Assembly (NCBI GenBank): GCA_033761855.1
Contig: JANRMG010000065.1
Coordinates: 1-42,611 of the forward strand
From: Candidatus Caenarcanales bacterium
GTDB taxonomy: Bacteria > Cyanobacteriota > Vampirovibrionia > Caenarcaniphilales > Caenarcanaceae
Direction: 5' to 3'
Length of the DNA: 42,611 bases
Positions within the stretch are counted from its first letter, which is position 1. Each line of letters begins with the position of its first letter. Positions 34,501 to 42,611 of the stretch are shown in pieces. Below the pieces are notes generated by a model. It ran no database searches and had not been told where the DNA came from. It was given only the letters and a program-made list of their open reading frames with translations. The translations under genes and the position numbers were made by a program.

Positions 34501-35177
34501 TTTAGACTAACTTCAGAAAAAGAAAAATCTTCTGTACTAACAAAAAAAGGTTTTCGTTTAAAAGCATTATTTGTAAAAAGAATATTGCCATTAAGCACTG
34601 ATGAAAAGCGACTTTCTTGAATTATATAGTTTTGAAGTTTTAGTGTTAAATAACTACTATCGCCGGTAAAGCCAGACAAAGAAATTGTATTGGTTTTTAC
34701 CTCAGTCTCCCATCTTTGCCCTAAGGGACTAGAACGTTGCATTTGAATAATTTCGATTACAGGAATATTTTTAGCTACTTTGCTTAAGTCGCCATTCCGA
34801 AATTCCATTCTATTGATTAGAAGAGGTATTTGGGGAAAGTCTTTACGATCAGTAATCTTTTTAGGGAACGACTTTAGTTTCCAGTTTTCAACCAGAGTAT
34901 AACCATTTGGAATTGAATAATTAAATCGCTCAATTAATAAAAGCCCATCATCGGTTTCACATAAACTTGCACAGAGCTTTAAGTTTCCGCACCATTTTAC
35001 ATCTTTGCATTTAAGGCGGCTTCCAACTATTGTGTGGATTTTAAGATTTAATACTGACCAAATAAATTTGGGGTTTTGTATTTTCTCACGAAAGTGAAAT
35101 CCAAGATAAACAGGCAGAATTAAACCACAAAGTAAAACAACTACAAAAAAACCTCCGATGAATTTCTTGTAATTCAA
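31503..35177 (-). CDS. Giant N-terminally anchored beta-rich envelope protein, AsmA/TamB-like
   Basis: 1224 aa with a single N-terminal TM ('FIGGFFVVVLLCGLILPVYL') and long Asn/Lys/Leu/Ser-rich beta-strand-like periodicity throughout. The family call is by architecture only. Confidence 0.5.
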   Translation of the reverse strand: MNYKKFIGGFFVVVLLCGLILPVYLGFHFREKIQNPKFIWSVLNLKIHTIVGSRLKCKDVKWCGNLKLCASLCETDDGLLLIERFNYSIPNGYTLVENWKLKSFPKKITDRKDFPQIPLLINRMEFRNGDLSKVAKNIPVIEIIQMQRSSPLGQRWETEVKTNTISLSGFTGDSSYLTLKLQNYIIQESRFSSVLNGNILFTNNAFKRKPFFVSTEDFSFSEVSLNGVPTEDFKLALSLVTNSALDKLREVKTFNLKSQNINLHSKVLRPYSLFGFPRKVRLILEPVRASFFTPYLKDELAKYKLSSLAGQISGESLINLSELKKSRFKLFFKPLNFYLAPNNSNLGSINGFLTFADKNITDAKLEISNIQLKDFNALLGKQDLEFVSGELNGKLTIEKKKAKGEFTLSKANLKDSLRKISLSDGSGKFVLKDKELQGLAIFSLLDNPLNRVSFSVKALFNDLKKPKINLDFTSPQIAFQNFTLEKNNLTFNGLVKNLFGKISFEDPQNPTLNLEFEPSRLSALSPQIGQKKVEFVTGKIKYGSNTQLDVYNLKAKLADDEFLLLNGNFKLPEKQPLEPLKVRVESQTKLSTLLEILPLLNKDIKREFLQNIQNPTGYLSSDFEILDSKLHKLKLNLQNVGLLYKNQKITNGSGKLSFPGYGVLEVGNLSLLYGNKSSLFLNGKLEPSKEFLTTASINSFLDSVASFDGNLQGLIDLNDFIDKKTQQKLNFALNSEALLPINAEIKPIEGGMFESKVSSIFKNLGSLNSNLFPADKLSTEGFFNADILVRPSDGYFKLEDFECALNGLNIAAEAEGKPENFNLKLYTDPVIDLGQLFDTANNSVNSQTPNLRGALIGWVESNNINAFDKKSFWNNLKLSLRTDELQSIEIGPLELTSLEGYFESKGGKGYSTLVVDKGIIKNLPFNELNVAFNLKDNYLQMPGLAFKTAGGDVNLNGNIELANWEGHFVGDANNLNVGTIARGLSGQRGLSGTGDFTFKVDGHLGSLIKGEKPVFGAGSFNLKNGNTSAVLDLQKKLNLANLVFNGPLALNINSLLEFLSPTTNGYYRALYGRWEVDKDWILIPEASYRGTNKLNLNTSGHFERKNSKINFNFIGSIPRIPVRVNPGSEFSNIFSQLNFANILGHLPIIDKIIETRPRVFSFNMNGNYNNQQQLNSTSSSSFKWLDSGLHSNLPKAKIPSRNGSTENTLEVLPAEEKPLSKSSP

Positions 35178-35192
35178 ATCTACTTCCCTGCC

Positions 35193-36041
35193 TTAAACGA
35201 ATTCCATCTCTGGGAGAGTTGGAATCAAATTTAGTTGATGTGCTTCTTTTAAAAATAACTGTACGGCTTTCTTTCCTCTGTCTCCCAAATCAATGGTAAT
35301 GTCGTTTACATACATACCAACAAAACGATCGGCTTCATCGTTATTAAGACCTCTTCCATAGCTCATAGCGTAATCAATAGCTTCTTCTCTATGCTTTAAA
35401 GAATACTCAATACTTTCGCGAAGGATTCGGCTTAAATCTTTTTTTACATTTTCGGGTAAAGATTTCTTGAGGACATTGGTACCAAGCGGCAATGGAAGGC
35501 CTCCGGTTTTTTCGAACCACCATTCACCAAGATTTACTAGTTTTTTAAAACCTTGTTTTTCATAGTTAATTTGTCCTTCGTGAATGATTAATCCAGCTTC
35601 GTAGCTTCTGTCTTGGACCTTATCTAAAATTTGGTCAAATGGCACAGCTTCTACTTTGGCATTGGGCGCATAAAGTTTAAGACTTAAATAGGCACTAGTT
35701 AAAAGCCCTGGAACTGCAACTGTAATTATTCCCTCTTTAATTTTCTGAAGAAGTTCTTCTCCATCAATATCTTTTTTATAAACTAACATTGGTCCATAAT
35801 TGTCTCCCATACTGGCGCCAGAGAGCATTAAATCGTAGTTTTTGTCTGCGTAAGCAAAGGCGTGATAAGAAATGGCTGATAAATCAAACTCTGGGGAATT
35901 AATTGCTTTATCACTTAAAGTTTGGATGTCACAGAGCACATGCTCAAATTCATAAGGAGCAAAATCTATTTTATTTTTTGCAAGTGCATAAAACATAAAA
36001 GCGTCGTCCGAATCAGGACTGTGAGCAATTCTAATTTTCAT
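35193..36041 (-). CDS. MqnA/MqnD-family protein (futalosine-pathway menaquinone biosynthesis, periplasmic-binding-protein fold)
   Basis: N-terminal 'IRIAHSPDSDDAFMFYAL' resembles the MqnA/MqnD/SBP family signature. 282 aa, ending 15 nt upstream of the AsmA-like gene. Confidence 0.65.
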   Translation of the reverse strand: MKIRIAHSPDSDDAFMFYALAKNKIDFAPYEFEHVLCDIQTLSDKAINSPEFDLSAISYHAFAYADKNYDLMLSGASMGDNYGPMLVYKKDIDGEELLQKIKEGIITVAVPGLLTSAYLSLKLYAPNAKVEAVPFDQILDKVQDRSYEAGLIIHEGQINYEKQGFKKLVNLGEWWFEKTGGLPLPLGTNVLKKSLPENVKKDLSRILRESIEYSLKHREEAIDYAMSYGRGLNNDEADRFVGMYVNDITIDLGDRGKKAVQLFLKEAHQLNLIPTLPEMEFV

Positions 36042-36157
36042 TGAGTAAGCTAAAGTAGTTAAGAGCTGATTGATTTAAAGCTTGATTATAGCAATTTAAA
36101 AGATTCAAATTGTTTTGTGTTTTTTAGGTTTTTATAAAATTGATTATTAGTAATTGC

Positions 36158-37225
36158 TTAATTTGCGCATTGTCCACCAAAACTAGTACAGTTCTCCAAA
36201 GAAACTGTCTCAGTCGAGAGGTTAAGGACTTCCCCTTTACGATAATATTCATCAACTTGGGATCTAGAGAAATCTACATTTTGCTGATTTCCACCTGCAC
36301 CAGCAGCAGCTCCACCTGCTCCGCCAGCTCCAGTCTCGTCAACTCCAAAGTCTGGTCTCATGACTATTGCCCTGGCTCTGATTCTTGCCCAGCCATTAGC
36401 AATAAAATCAACTGGCTCAATGGGACGTCGGTTATTTGCAACCATTCTATTTCTTTCAAAAATTCCACTGCCAGTTAAAAAGGGTAAACCCCCGGCCAAG
36501 ATTGGGTCTAATCTCGCAGAGATTTCAGCTTCAGCGCAAAAATCTTTTTGGGCATTCAATCCGCGGTTATCTCGAACTACTCTTGTGCAGGGTTCCTGTG
36601 CTCCATATTGTCCAGCTTCAAAGCGCCAATCTAGTTGTGTAATTGGACTGATAACCATTCCAACAGGTCCTGCGCATTCAGGTTGATTGTTGAATTTTGC
36701 AAAACGCGTTTCGTTGGCTGGTTTGTAACATTGATTCTTGGTTAAATTTGTTATTTGCGAAGCATCTTGAATAGAGTTTTGAGCTAAGTTTCTGATTTCA
36801 AATAACATAAGTTGCGATGCAGTGATACATTCAATAAAGTTTGCGCATGCATCACTGCCAGTTACACCGGTAGCAGTCTGGTTCACAGGACTGCAGCCAG
36901 AGTAATTACTTCTGGCATCGCAAGAGCGGGTTCTTTGTGTCTGGGCAAAAGTCAAGTTATATGCAGCACATCTTTGATTTGAGTTTGAACATTGTCTTTG
37001 GGCTAACTCGCCCATTTCGTTATCTCTAAGTTTTATAAGCTCTCTGGCATAGGCCATTGCACCAGCCTGAGCAGCTGTTTGCATGCGTGCCATTGTTACC
37101 CACTTAACTAAAAGCTCTACAGCAATAACCCCAACAACAATAATCAAACCAAACAAGGCAAATATAAGTAAAAATGCTACTAAACTACCTTTTTGTTTCC
37201 TTTTTTGATTGAACAGATTTTTCAT
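36158..37225 (-). CDS. TadG-like (Flp pilus assembly N-terminal domain) Cys-rich secreted or anchored protein
   Basis: N-terminus 'QKGSLVAFLLIFALFGLIIVVGVIAVELL...AAQAGAMAYA' resembles the TadE/TadG-like anchor. It has 12 Cys and a Gly/Ala tract 'TGAGGAGGAAAGAGG'. Confidence 0.5.
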   Translation of the reverse strand: MKNLFNQKRKQKGSLVAFLLIFALFGLIIVVGVIAVELLVKWVTMARMQTAAQAGAMAYARELIKLRDNEMGELAQRQCSNSNQRCAAYNLTFAQTQRTRSCDARSNYSGCSPVNQTATGVTGSDACANFIECITASQLMLFEIRNLAQNSIQDASQITNLTKNQCYKPANETRFAKFNNQPECAGPVGMVISPITQLDWRFEAGQYGAQEPCTRVVRDNRGLNAQKDFCAEAEISARLDPILAGGLPFLTGSGIFERNRMVANNRRPIEPVDFIANGWARIRARAIVMRPDFGVDETGAGGAGGAAAGAGGNQQNVDFSRSQVDEYYRKGEVLNLSTETVSLENCTSFGGQCAN

Positions 37226-37792
37226 AATTTTGGTTTAGCTGAGCCCTTTAATTCTCTAAAGCAGCAATTTACAGTTTTAATCTTCTGATCATTGATTTAC
37301 CACAAGCTTAAAAACGATTAACTAAGTTGTTTTCATTCTAAAAGTTAGTAATAACTCTTTCAATGATTGAAAAAAGCAAATATTGGGTAATAACTATTTA
37401 ACGTTTTGAAATAAAATCAATGAATAAAATTCATCATTCTTCTTTTAAATTCACTCACCTTACGGCTTTATATATGTCTTCTCGCTTCTTTGGTGTTTTA
37501 TTATTTTGTATTACACAGTACGCAGTTCAACTTATTGATTTCAAAGACTACACTTCAGTTTTTTGGCTCTTTGATGATAAGTATTGCAGTTTCACTTGAG
37601 TTTTTTATTTACTTGACAACAATTTATATAAAAAACAATAAAGTATTGATCAGACAAGCCAAAGCACTATGGCATAAATAAATTAGATTGATTTCAATCT
37701 TTTGCTTAGCTTTTAAAGCTGAATATAAAAATCAAAGAGGTTATTTGCTTTTTAACCTTAATGTAAAATAGAATTAGTTTAGAATTCTTCTT

Positions 37793-39130
37793 ATGGACTC
37801 TTATTTCAAAGAACTCATTCAATCGGTTAAAACAAAAGCAGACCGAATTATTAAGGGTGAGAAATTAACCCGCTGGATAGGCTCAGTAAGTAAAATTGTG
37901 GGTTTAATGATTGAATGCAGGATTCCAGGGGCAACCATTGGTGAGCTCTGCGAAATTGTAACCGACAGCGGAGAAAAGCGTCTAGCAGAAGTTGTTGGCT
38001 TTAAAGATGAAACTTCTATCCTCTTGCTCTTGGGAGCTGGTGGTGGATTGCATCAGGGAAGCAAAGTTTATCCAACCGGTAAAACCCTTCAAATTCCTCT
38101 TGGGAACTCGATTTTGGGCCGTATTATTGATTCGCTCGGGCGACCTTTGGATGGAAAACCCCTGGGTGGCATTAAGGATTGGAGGGGAATAGACGCTGAT
38201 CCGCCAGAAGCCTACGGAAGACCAAGGATCGATGAAGTATTTTCGACCGGTGTAAGAGCGATAGACAGTCTTTTAACACTTGGGGTTGGGCAGCGTGTTG
38301 GTTTGTTTGCTGGCTCTGGAGTGGGGAAATCAACCCTTATGGGTATGATAGCCCGTTACAGTGATGCTGAAGTGAACGTAATTGCCCTTGTAGGTGAGCG
38401 TGGAAGAGAAGTCCAAGATTTTATTGAAGAAAGTTTGGGTCCCGAAGGCATTAAAAAGTCGGTTGTTATAATCGCAACTTCTGACCAACCGGCTATGTTC
38501 CGCTTAAAATGCCTTTATACAGCTACAACTATTGCCGAATACTTTCGCGATAAAGGGAAGAAAGTCCTTTTGATGGTAGATTCCGTAACCCGTATGGCAA
38601 TGGCAGGTCGTGAGGTTGGTCTTTCGGTGGGTGAACCGCCCACTATGAAAGGTTACACACCTTCTGTTTTTGCTATGCTCCCTCGTGTTTTGGAGAGGGC
38701 AGGTCGTTCCAAAAAAGGCTCAATTACAGCGATTTACAGCACTTTGGTGGACGGTGATGATTTTAACGAGCCAATAGCTGACGCAGTCAGAGGAATTCTT
38801 GATGGACACATTCTCCTTTCGCGGGATATTGCGGCCAAAAATCATTTTCCAGCCATCAATATTCTCGGATCAGTTAGTCGTTTATTTACTGAGCTCGCTG
38901 ATAAAGAGCATCAGGCGGCGGCGGGGGATATTCGGAATATAATGGCCAGTTACCAAAAGTCTGAGGACTTGATTACAATCGGTGCTTACAATAAGGGCAC
39001 AGACAAAAACCTTGATAGAGCGATTAATTTGCAAGACCCCATAAATAATTTCTTAAAACAAGGAATGCACGAACCAATGGAGTTTTCTCAAACCATCAAG
39101 CGTTTGAAAGAGATCTCGGCGATTAGGTAA
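37793..39130 (+). CDS. fliI: FliI/SctN-family type III export ATPase
   Basis: Walker A 'AGSGVGKST', Walker B 'VLLMVDSVTR', 'GSITAIYSTLVDGDD' and 'FPAINILGSVSR'. 445 aa. Confidence 0.9.
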   Translation: MDSYFKELIQSVKTKADRIIKGEKLTRWIGSVSKIVGLMIECRIPGATIGELCEIVTDSGEKRLAEVVGFKDETSILLLLGAGGGLHQGSKVYPTGKTLQIPLGNSILGRIIDSLGRPLDGKPLGGIKDWRGIDADPPEAYGRPRIDEVFSTGVRAIDSLLTLGVGQRVGLFAGSGVGKSTLMGMIARYSDAEVNVIALVGERGREVQDFIEESLGPEGIKKSVVIIATSDQPAMFRLKCLYTATTIAEYFRDKGKKVLLMVDSVTRMAMAGREVGLSVGEPPTMKGYTPSVFAMLPRVLERAGRSKKGSITAIYSTLVDGDDFNEPIADAVRGILDGHILLSRDIAAKNHFPAINILGSVSRLFTELADKEHQAAAGDIRNIMASYQKSEDLITIGAYNKGTDKNLDRAINLQDPINNFLKQGMHEPMEFSQTIKRLKEISAIR

Positions 39131-39152
39131 GTTTTAATATGGAGACCGAATA

Positions 39153-39539
39153 ATGCCAATGTTTAATCCTCCCCATCCGGGAGAAGTGATACGCGAGTTA
39201 TGTATCGAACCGCCTGGTTGAAGCGTGATAAAAGCAGCTGAAGGACCAGGTATCTCTCGTAAAGCTTTATCAGGGCTTTTGAACGGACATTCAGGAATAT
39301 CTTCTGAGATGGCAATTCGTTTGTCTAAAGTATTTGGTGGTAGCGCCGAGAGTTGGATGAAACAACAAATTCAATATGAAATTTGGCAAGTAAGCCAGGA
39401 GTTTGACAGCTCTAGAGTCAAAAGGCTTAAAAAAGAAATCTTGTTCTTTAGAAGTTCTTTGTTTTATCGTTTTCCATCCAAGACATTTTTGAATCGATTA
39501 AACCTGCCACAATTTGTTGTATTAAATTATAAAAAATAA
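39153..39539 (+). pseudogene. higA: HigA-family antitoxin (XRE HTH) remnant with an in-frame TGA
   Basis: 'MPMFNPPHPGEVIRELCIEPPG' runs in the same frame into TGA at 39219..39221. It then continues 'SVIKAAEGPGISRKALSGLLNGHSGISSEMAIRLSKVFGGSAESWMKQQ'. The tail runs antisense into the neighbouring gene. Confidence 0.75.
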
Positions 39540-40404
39540 TGGGTATCATCACCAGAGGATGATCTGCCAAGGTAAGAGAAGAAAGTACAAGACCAGTTCC
39601 ATTATTATTCATTCCTAAACCAAACATCAGTGAAGCTTTGTCTGCATTAGATACTTTGAATATTTTTGCTATCGCCCATCCAGCCGTAAAAGCCAGCAAG
39701 CATAAACTAATCGTAATTAGCAGAATGATTATTAAAAAATCCCAGTCTGGATTGTTAAATGCCTTCGGAAGAGCAACAGAGGCATTTGAATAAATAAGAA
39801 GAAGTAAATTTGTATAGTTGAAAAATTTTAAATAGGGCTTCGTTAATTCAACTTTTTTTTCACCTAAAATAAAATGAAAAAAGATACCTAGGGCTGAAGG
39901 CAAAACAACAGAAAAAGACAGAAAAGCTCCAACTCCCTTTCGAGCGATTTCATGAAGATCGTGAGAGTAATCACCAACTGTCATTAAGCCAAAAGAATGC
40001 AATGCCAAAGGTGTTGTGATTGGACTAAGAATGGTAGAAAATACCACTAATCCTAAACTTAAAGCCAAATTACCATTTGAATTTTGTGCCCAGGCTGTTG
40101 ATGAGCCAGCTATGGGCATAGAACCAATTAAAGCTAATCCTAATAAAAGGTTTTGCACTTCGGCTGGATTGTGCCAAAATTTTGTAAATGGAATCAAGCA
40201 AATTGTAAATAATATCGGTACTGAAAGATTAGCCACAAGTCCAGTGAAGAGAATAATTGGTTTTTGCATGAGATTCTTAAACTGACTTGGTTTTATGCCG
40301 ATACCTGCATTGAACAACAAGAATGAAAGCATGATAACTGGAATTGTGATCTTAAGAGAGCTTCCGTCAATCCACAAAACTTTACCGAGATGAACTTCCC
40401 TCAT
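39448..40404 (-). CDS. Bile acid:Na+ symporter (BASS)/Acr3-like transporter, 5' end disrupted by a frameshift
   Basis: Polytopic 318-aa ORF with 'GLALIGSMPIAGSSTAWAQNSNGN'. The upstream 36 codons, including an ATG at 40511, are in another frame. Confidence 0.75.
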   Translation of the reverse strand: MREVHLGKVLWIDGSSLKITIPVIMLSFLLFNAGIGIKPSQFKNLMQKPIILFTGLVANLSVPILFTICLIPFTKFWHNPAEVQNLLLGLALIGSMPIAGSSTAWAQNSNGNLALSLGLVVFSTILSPITTPLALHSFGLMTVGDYSHDLHEIARKGVGAFLSFSVVLPSALGIFFHFILGEKKVELTKPYLKFFNYTNLLLLIYSNASVALPKAFNNPDWDFLIIILLITISLCLLAFTAGWAIAKIFKVSNADKASLMFGLGMNNNGTGLVLSSLTLADHPLVMIPIIFYNLIQQIVAGLIDSKMSWMENDKTKNF

Positions 40405-40601
40405 GCTTTGACCAAAAGCTGGAAGTAAAAAGGCTATAAGGTGAACTACAAAAAGTAATAATAAAAAAAACGATGAGTAAATTCATTCAAAGCTTTCACA
40501 GCAAATGGCATAAAATTTTTAAGTTGATGGTTTTAATAAAGTATATAAAAGTCTTTTGAACTGGTTAATAAAATTAAACTCAAATACCTTTTAATAAAAC
40601 C

Positions 40602-42380
40602 TTACTTCTTCAGCGACAACCTAATACTCAACTCCTGAAGCTGTTCTGGAGCTACTTCTGCCGGAGCGTGGGTAAGCAAGCACGATGCTGATTGAACTTT
40701 AGGAAAAGCAATTACCTGTCTTAAAGATGTTGCACCGGTTAGCATCATAACAATTCTATCCAAGCCCAAAGCCAAGCCTCCGTGCGGTGGAGCTCCCATA
40801 GATAAAGCTTGTAGCAAAAATCCAAATTTCTCATCAGCCGCTTCTTCATCTAAACCTAAAAGAGAAAGAGCTTTAAGTTGTGCTTCTAGTGTGTGGTTTC
40901 TGATACTGCCGCCACCAAGTTCTACTCCGTTATAAACGATATCGTAAGCTTGTGCTCTGGCTAGTTCGGGGTCTAAATCAAGCAAATGAGCATCATTGGC
41001 ATTTACAGCCGTGAAAGGATGGTTTGCAAAATGAACCGCTCCGGTGTCAGGATCTTTTTCTAAAAGCGGCCAATCAACGATCCAAACAAGAGCATCGAGG
41101 TTTGGGTTAATTAAGTTTAGCTTATTGGCGAGATGCAGACGGAGTTTACCCAAAACCGAGTGAACCAAATAGTCTTTGTCTCCCACAAAGAAGATGGTGT
41201 CTCCGTTCTTGGCTTTTGCTTTTTCTTTAATTTCCTTAAGGTCTTCTTTGCTGAAGAATTTAGCAATTGGCGAAACGCCCAATTCATCTTCACCTTCGCG
41301 ATAGCTAATCCAGGCTAAGCCTTTGGCACCGTATTCATTAGAGATTGCAAGCGCTCTTAGGTCATCAAAGTCTTTGCGAGACCATTCGGCTGTTTTGGGA
41401 ACGCAAATCCCTTTTACGATTCCACCTGATTTGGCAACTTTAGTAAAAGAATCAAAACCCGAATGCTCCATTAAATCAGTAAAGTCAATCAATTCCATTC
41501 CAAAGCGAAGGTCTGGCTTATCGGAACCGAAGCGACTCATAGCTTCTTTATAGTTCATGCGTTGGATCGGAAGATCTATGTCTTTGTCGACTGCTTCAAA
41601 GGCTTTTTGTAGCAGTCCCTCTGTCATTTGGATGACTGTGTCAACCGTTGCAAAAGAGATCTCAATATCGACTTGGGTGAATTCAGGCTGTCTATCGGCT
41701 CTTAGATCTTCGTCACGGAAGCATCTTGCGATTTGGAAGTATTTTTCAAATCCTGAAGCCATTAGTAGCTGCTTGAATAGCTGAGGACTTTGAGGCAAAG
41801 CAAAGAATTTTCCTGGCTGAGTACGGCTTGGAACCAAATAGTCTCTGGCCCCTTCAGGAGTGGAACGGGTAAGGATTGGAGTTTCGATTTCCAAAAACTC
41901 TTCTTCAACCAAAAACTCTCTAATTGCTTGCGTGATTTTGTGTCTTGTGCGGATGTTGTATTGCATCTCCTCACGCCTAAGATCCAAGAATCTATGTTTA
42001 AGTTTAAAAACTTCGTCCGCCTCGCCAAAATCTTCGATTGGGAGAGGAAGAGTTTTTGCTTTATTTAAAACGGTAACTTCGTTAGGCAAAACTTCTACTG
42101 CTCCAGAGCGCAAATCACGATTCTCGGTGCCATCTGGGCGGGTTCTTACTTTGCCTTTTACTTGAATGACAAACTCGGGTCTTAGTGTCTCAAAAATCTC
42201 GTGGACTTCTTGGTTCCTCTGTGGATCGGATAAAAGCTGAACTTTGCCGGTGTGGTCTCTTAGTTCAATAAAAATTAAACCGCCCAGATCCCTTCTTACA
42301 TCAACCCAGCCAGCCAAGGTAACTATTTGCCCTTCATCGGGTTGAGATAAAGTTCCACAAAAATGAGTACGATAAGACAT
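40602..42380 (-). CDS. aspS: Aspartate--tRNA ligase (class II, bacterial type)
   Basis: 592 aa with an OB-fold N-terminus, motif 2 'FRDEDLRADRQPEFTQ' and motif 3 'GGLALGLDR'. Confidence 0.94.
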   Translation of the reverse strand: MSYRTHFCGTLSQPDEGQIVTLAGWVDVRRDLGGLIFIELRDHTGKVQLLSDPQRNQEVHEIFETLRPEFVIQVKGKVRTRPDGTENRDLRSGAVEVLPNEVTVLNKAKTLPLPIEDFGEADEVFKLKHRFLDLRREEMQYNIRTRHKITQAIREFLVEEEFLEIETPILTRSTPEGARDYLVPSRTQPGKFFALPQSPQLFKQLLMASGFEKYFQIARCFRDEDLRADRQPEFTQVDIEISFATVDTVIQMTEGLLQKAFEAVDKDIDLPIQRMNYKEAMSRFGSDKPDLRFGMELIDFTDLMEHSGFDSFTKVAKSGGIVKGICVPKTAEWSRKDFDDLRALAISNEYGAKGLAWISYREGEDELGVSPIAKFFSKEDLKEIKEKAKAKNGDTIFFVGDKDYLVHSVLGKLRLHLANKLNLINPNLDALVWIVDWPLLEKDPDTGAVHFANHPFTAVNANDAHLLDLDPELARAQAYDIVYNGVELGGGSIRNHTLEAQLKALSLLGLDEEAADEKFGFLLQALSMGAPPHGGLALGLDRIVMMLTGATSLRQVIAFPKVQSASCLLTHAPAEVAPEQLQELSIRLSLKK

Positions 42381-42611
42381 ATAAAATTGAATAAATTACG
42401 CAATATCTAAGATTAGCAACAGCTTTCAATTATTTAAATGAAATTGAAAAAGTTTTAGTGATTTTTTTATAAATTCGCTGACAAGCCCCAAATCTTTTTA
42501 CTGGGATTCTAGATGAATAAAGAGTTTTAATAATCCTTTTAGATTTTTAAATATATTTTTGTGGAAATTAAGAACTTGGAGAAACCAAAACAAACTTAAG
42601 AAGCTAATGAC

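Noticed and set aside
37490-37681. 63-aa + ORF in the long spacer upstream of fliI.
   Set aside because: It has a TTG-type start in AT-rich DNA, a hydrophobic low-complexity translation and no SD. It is probably non-coding 5' region.
39219-39221. The in-frame TGA in higA, considered as evidence for an alternative genetic code (TGA as Trp or Gly).
   Set aside because: TGA terminates gltX (2110..2112) and the TerC gene (3470..3472) at positions consistent with full-length proteins. A nonsense mutation in a decaying gene is the simpler reading.

Overview
Visibly AT-rich bacterial chromosomal segment of 42.6 kb with dense coding on both strands. Most of it is housekeeping: gltX, a TerC-family protein translationally coupled to pyrC, a fused ADP-forming acyl-CoA synthetase, a ROK sugar kinase, aroF, a sigma-70 factor, nuoH and nuoI, fabI, aroQ, an ABC exporter, rpsR-rpmB, one tRNA(CAU), glgE, a 1224-aa AsmA/TamB-like envelope protein, an MqnA/MqnD-family protein and aspS. 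These are interspersed with orphan proteins I cannot assign to any family. I see no rRNA, no CRISPR array and no transposase. The only recombination gene is one lone small serine recombinase. TGA is used as a normal stop (ends of gltX and the TerC gene), so the code looks standard. The taxon cannot be assigned from this window alone. Best candidates for something new: (1) a clear TPP (THI-box) riboswitch on the minus strand sits directly in front of a two-gene unit (a 3-TM protein and a soluble 247-aa protein) that resembles no thiamine biosynthesis, salvage or transport family I recognise. (2) A secreted protein has an acidic N-terminal half and an extremely basic, Cys-rich C-terminal half, with five VRRCAP(Q/A) heptads whose DNA differs only at synonymous sites. 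(3) An orphan FliI/SctN-type ATPase has no export-apparatus neighbours and lies beside a Cys-rich TadG-like protein. Smaller observations: a higA remnant with an in-frame TGA and no higB; a BASS transporter gene split by an A8 tract; gatD inserted between nuoH and nuoI; a hairpin family with compensatory changes; GC-rich nested palindromes just 3' of stop codons; and a Phe-Phe-Tyr mini-ORF ahead of aroF. All homology calls come from my reading of motifs, not from database searches.
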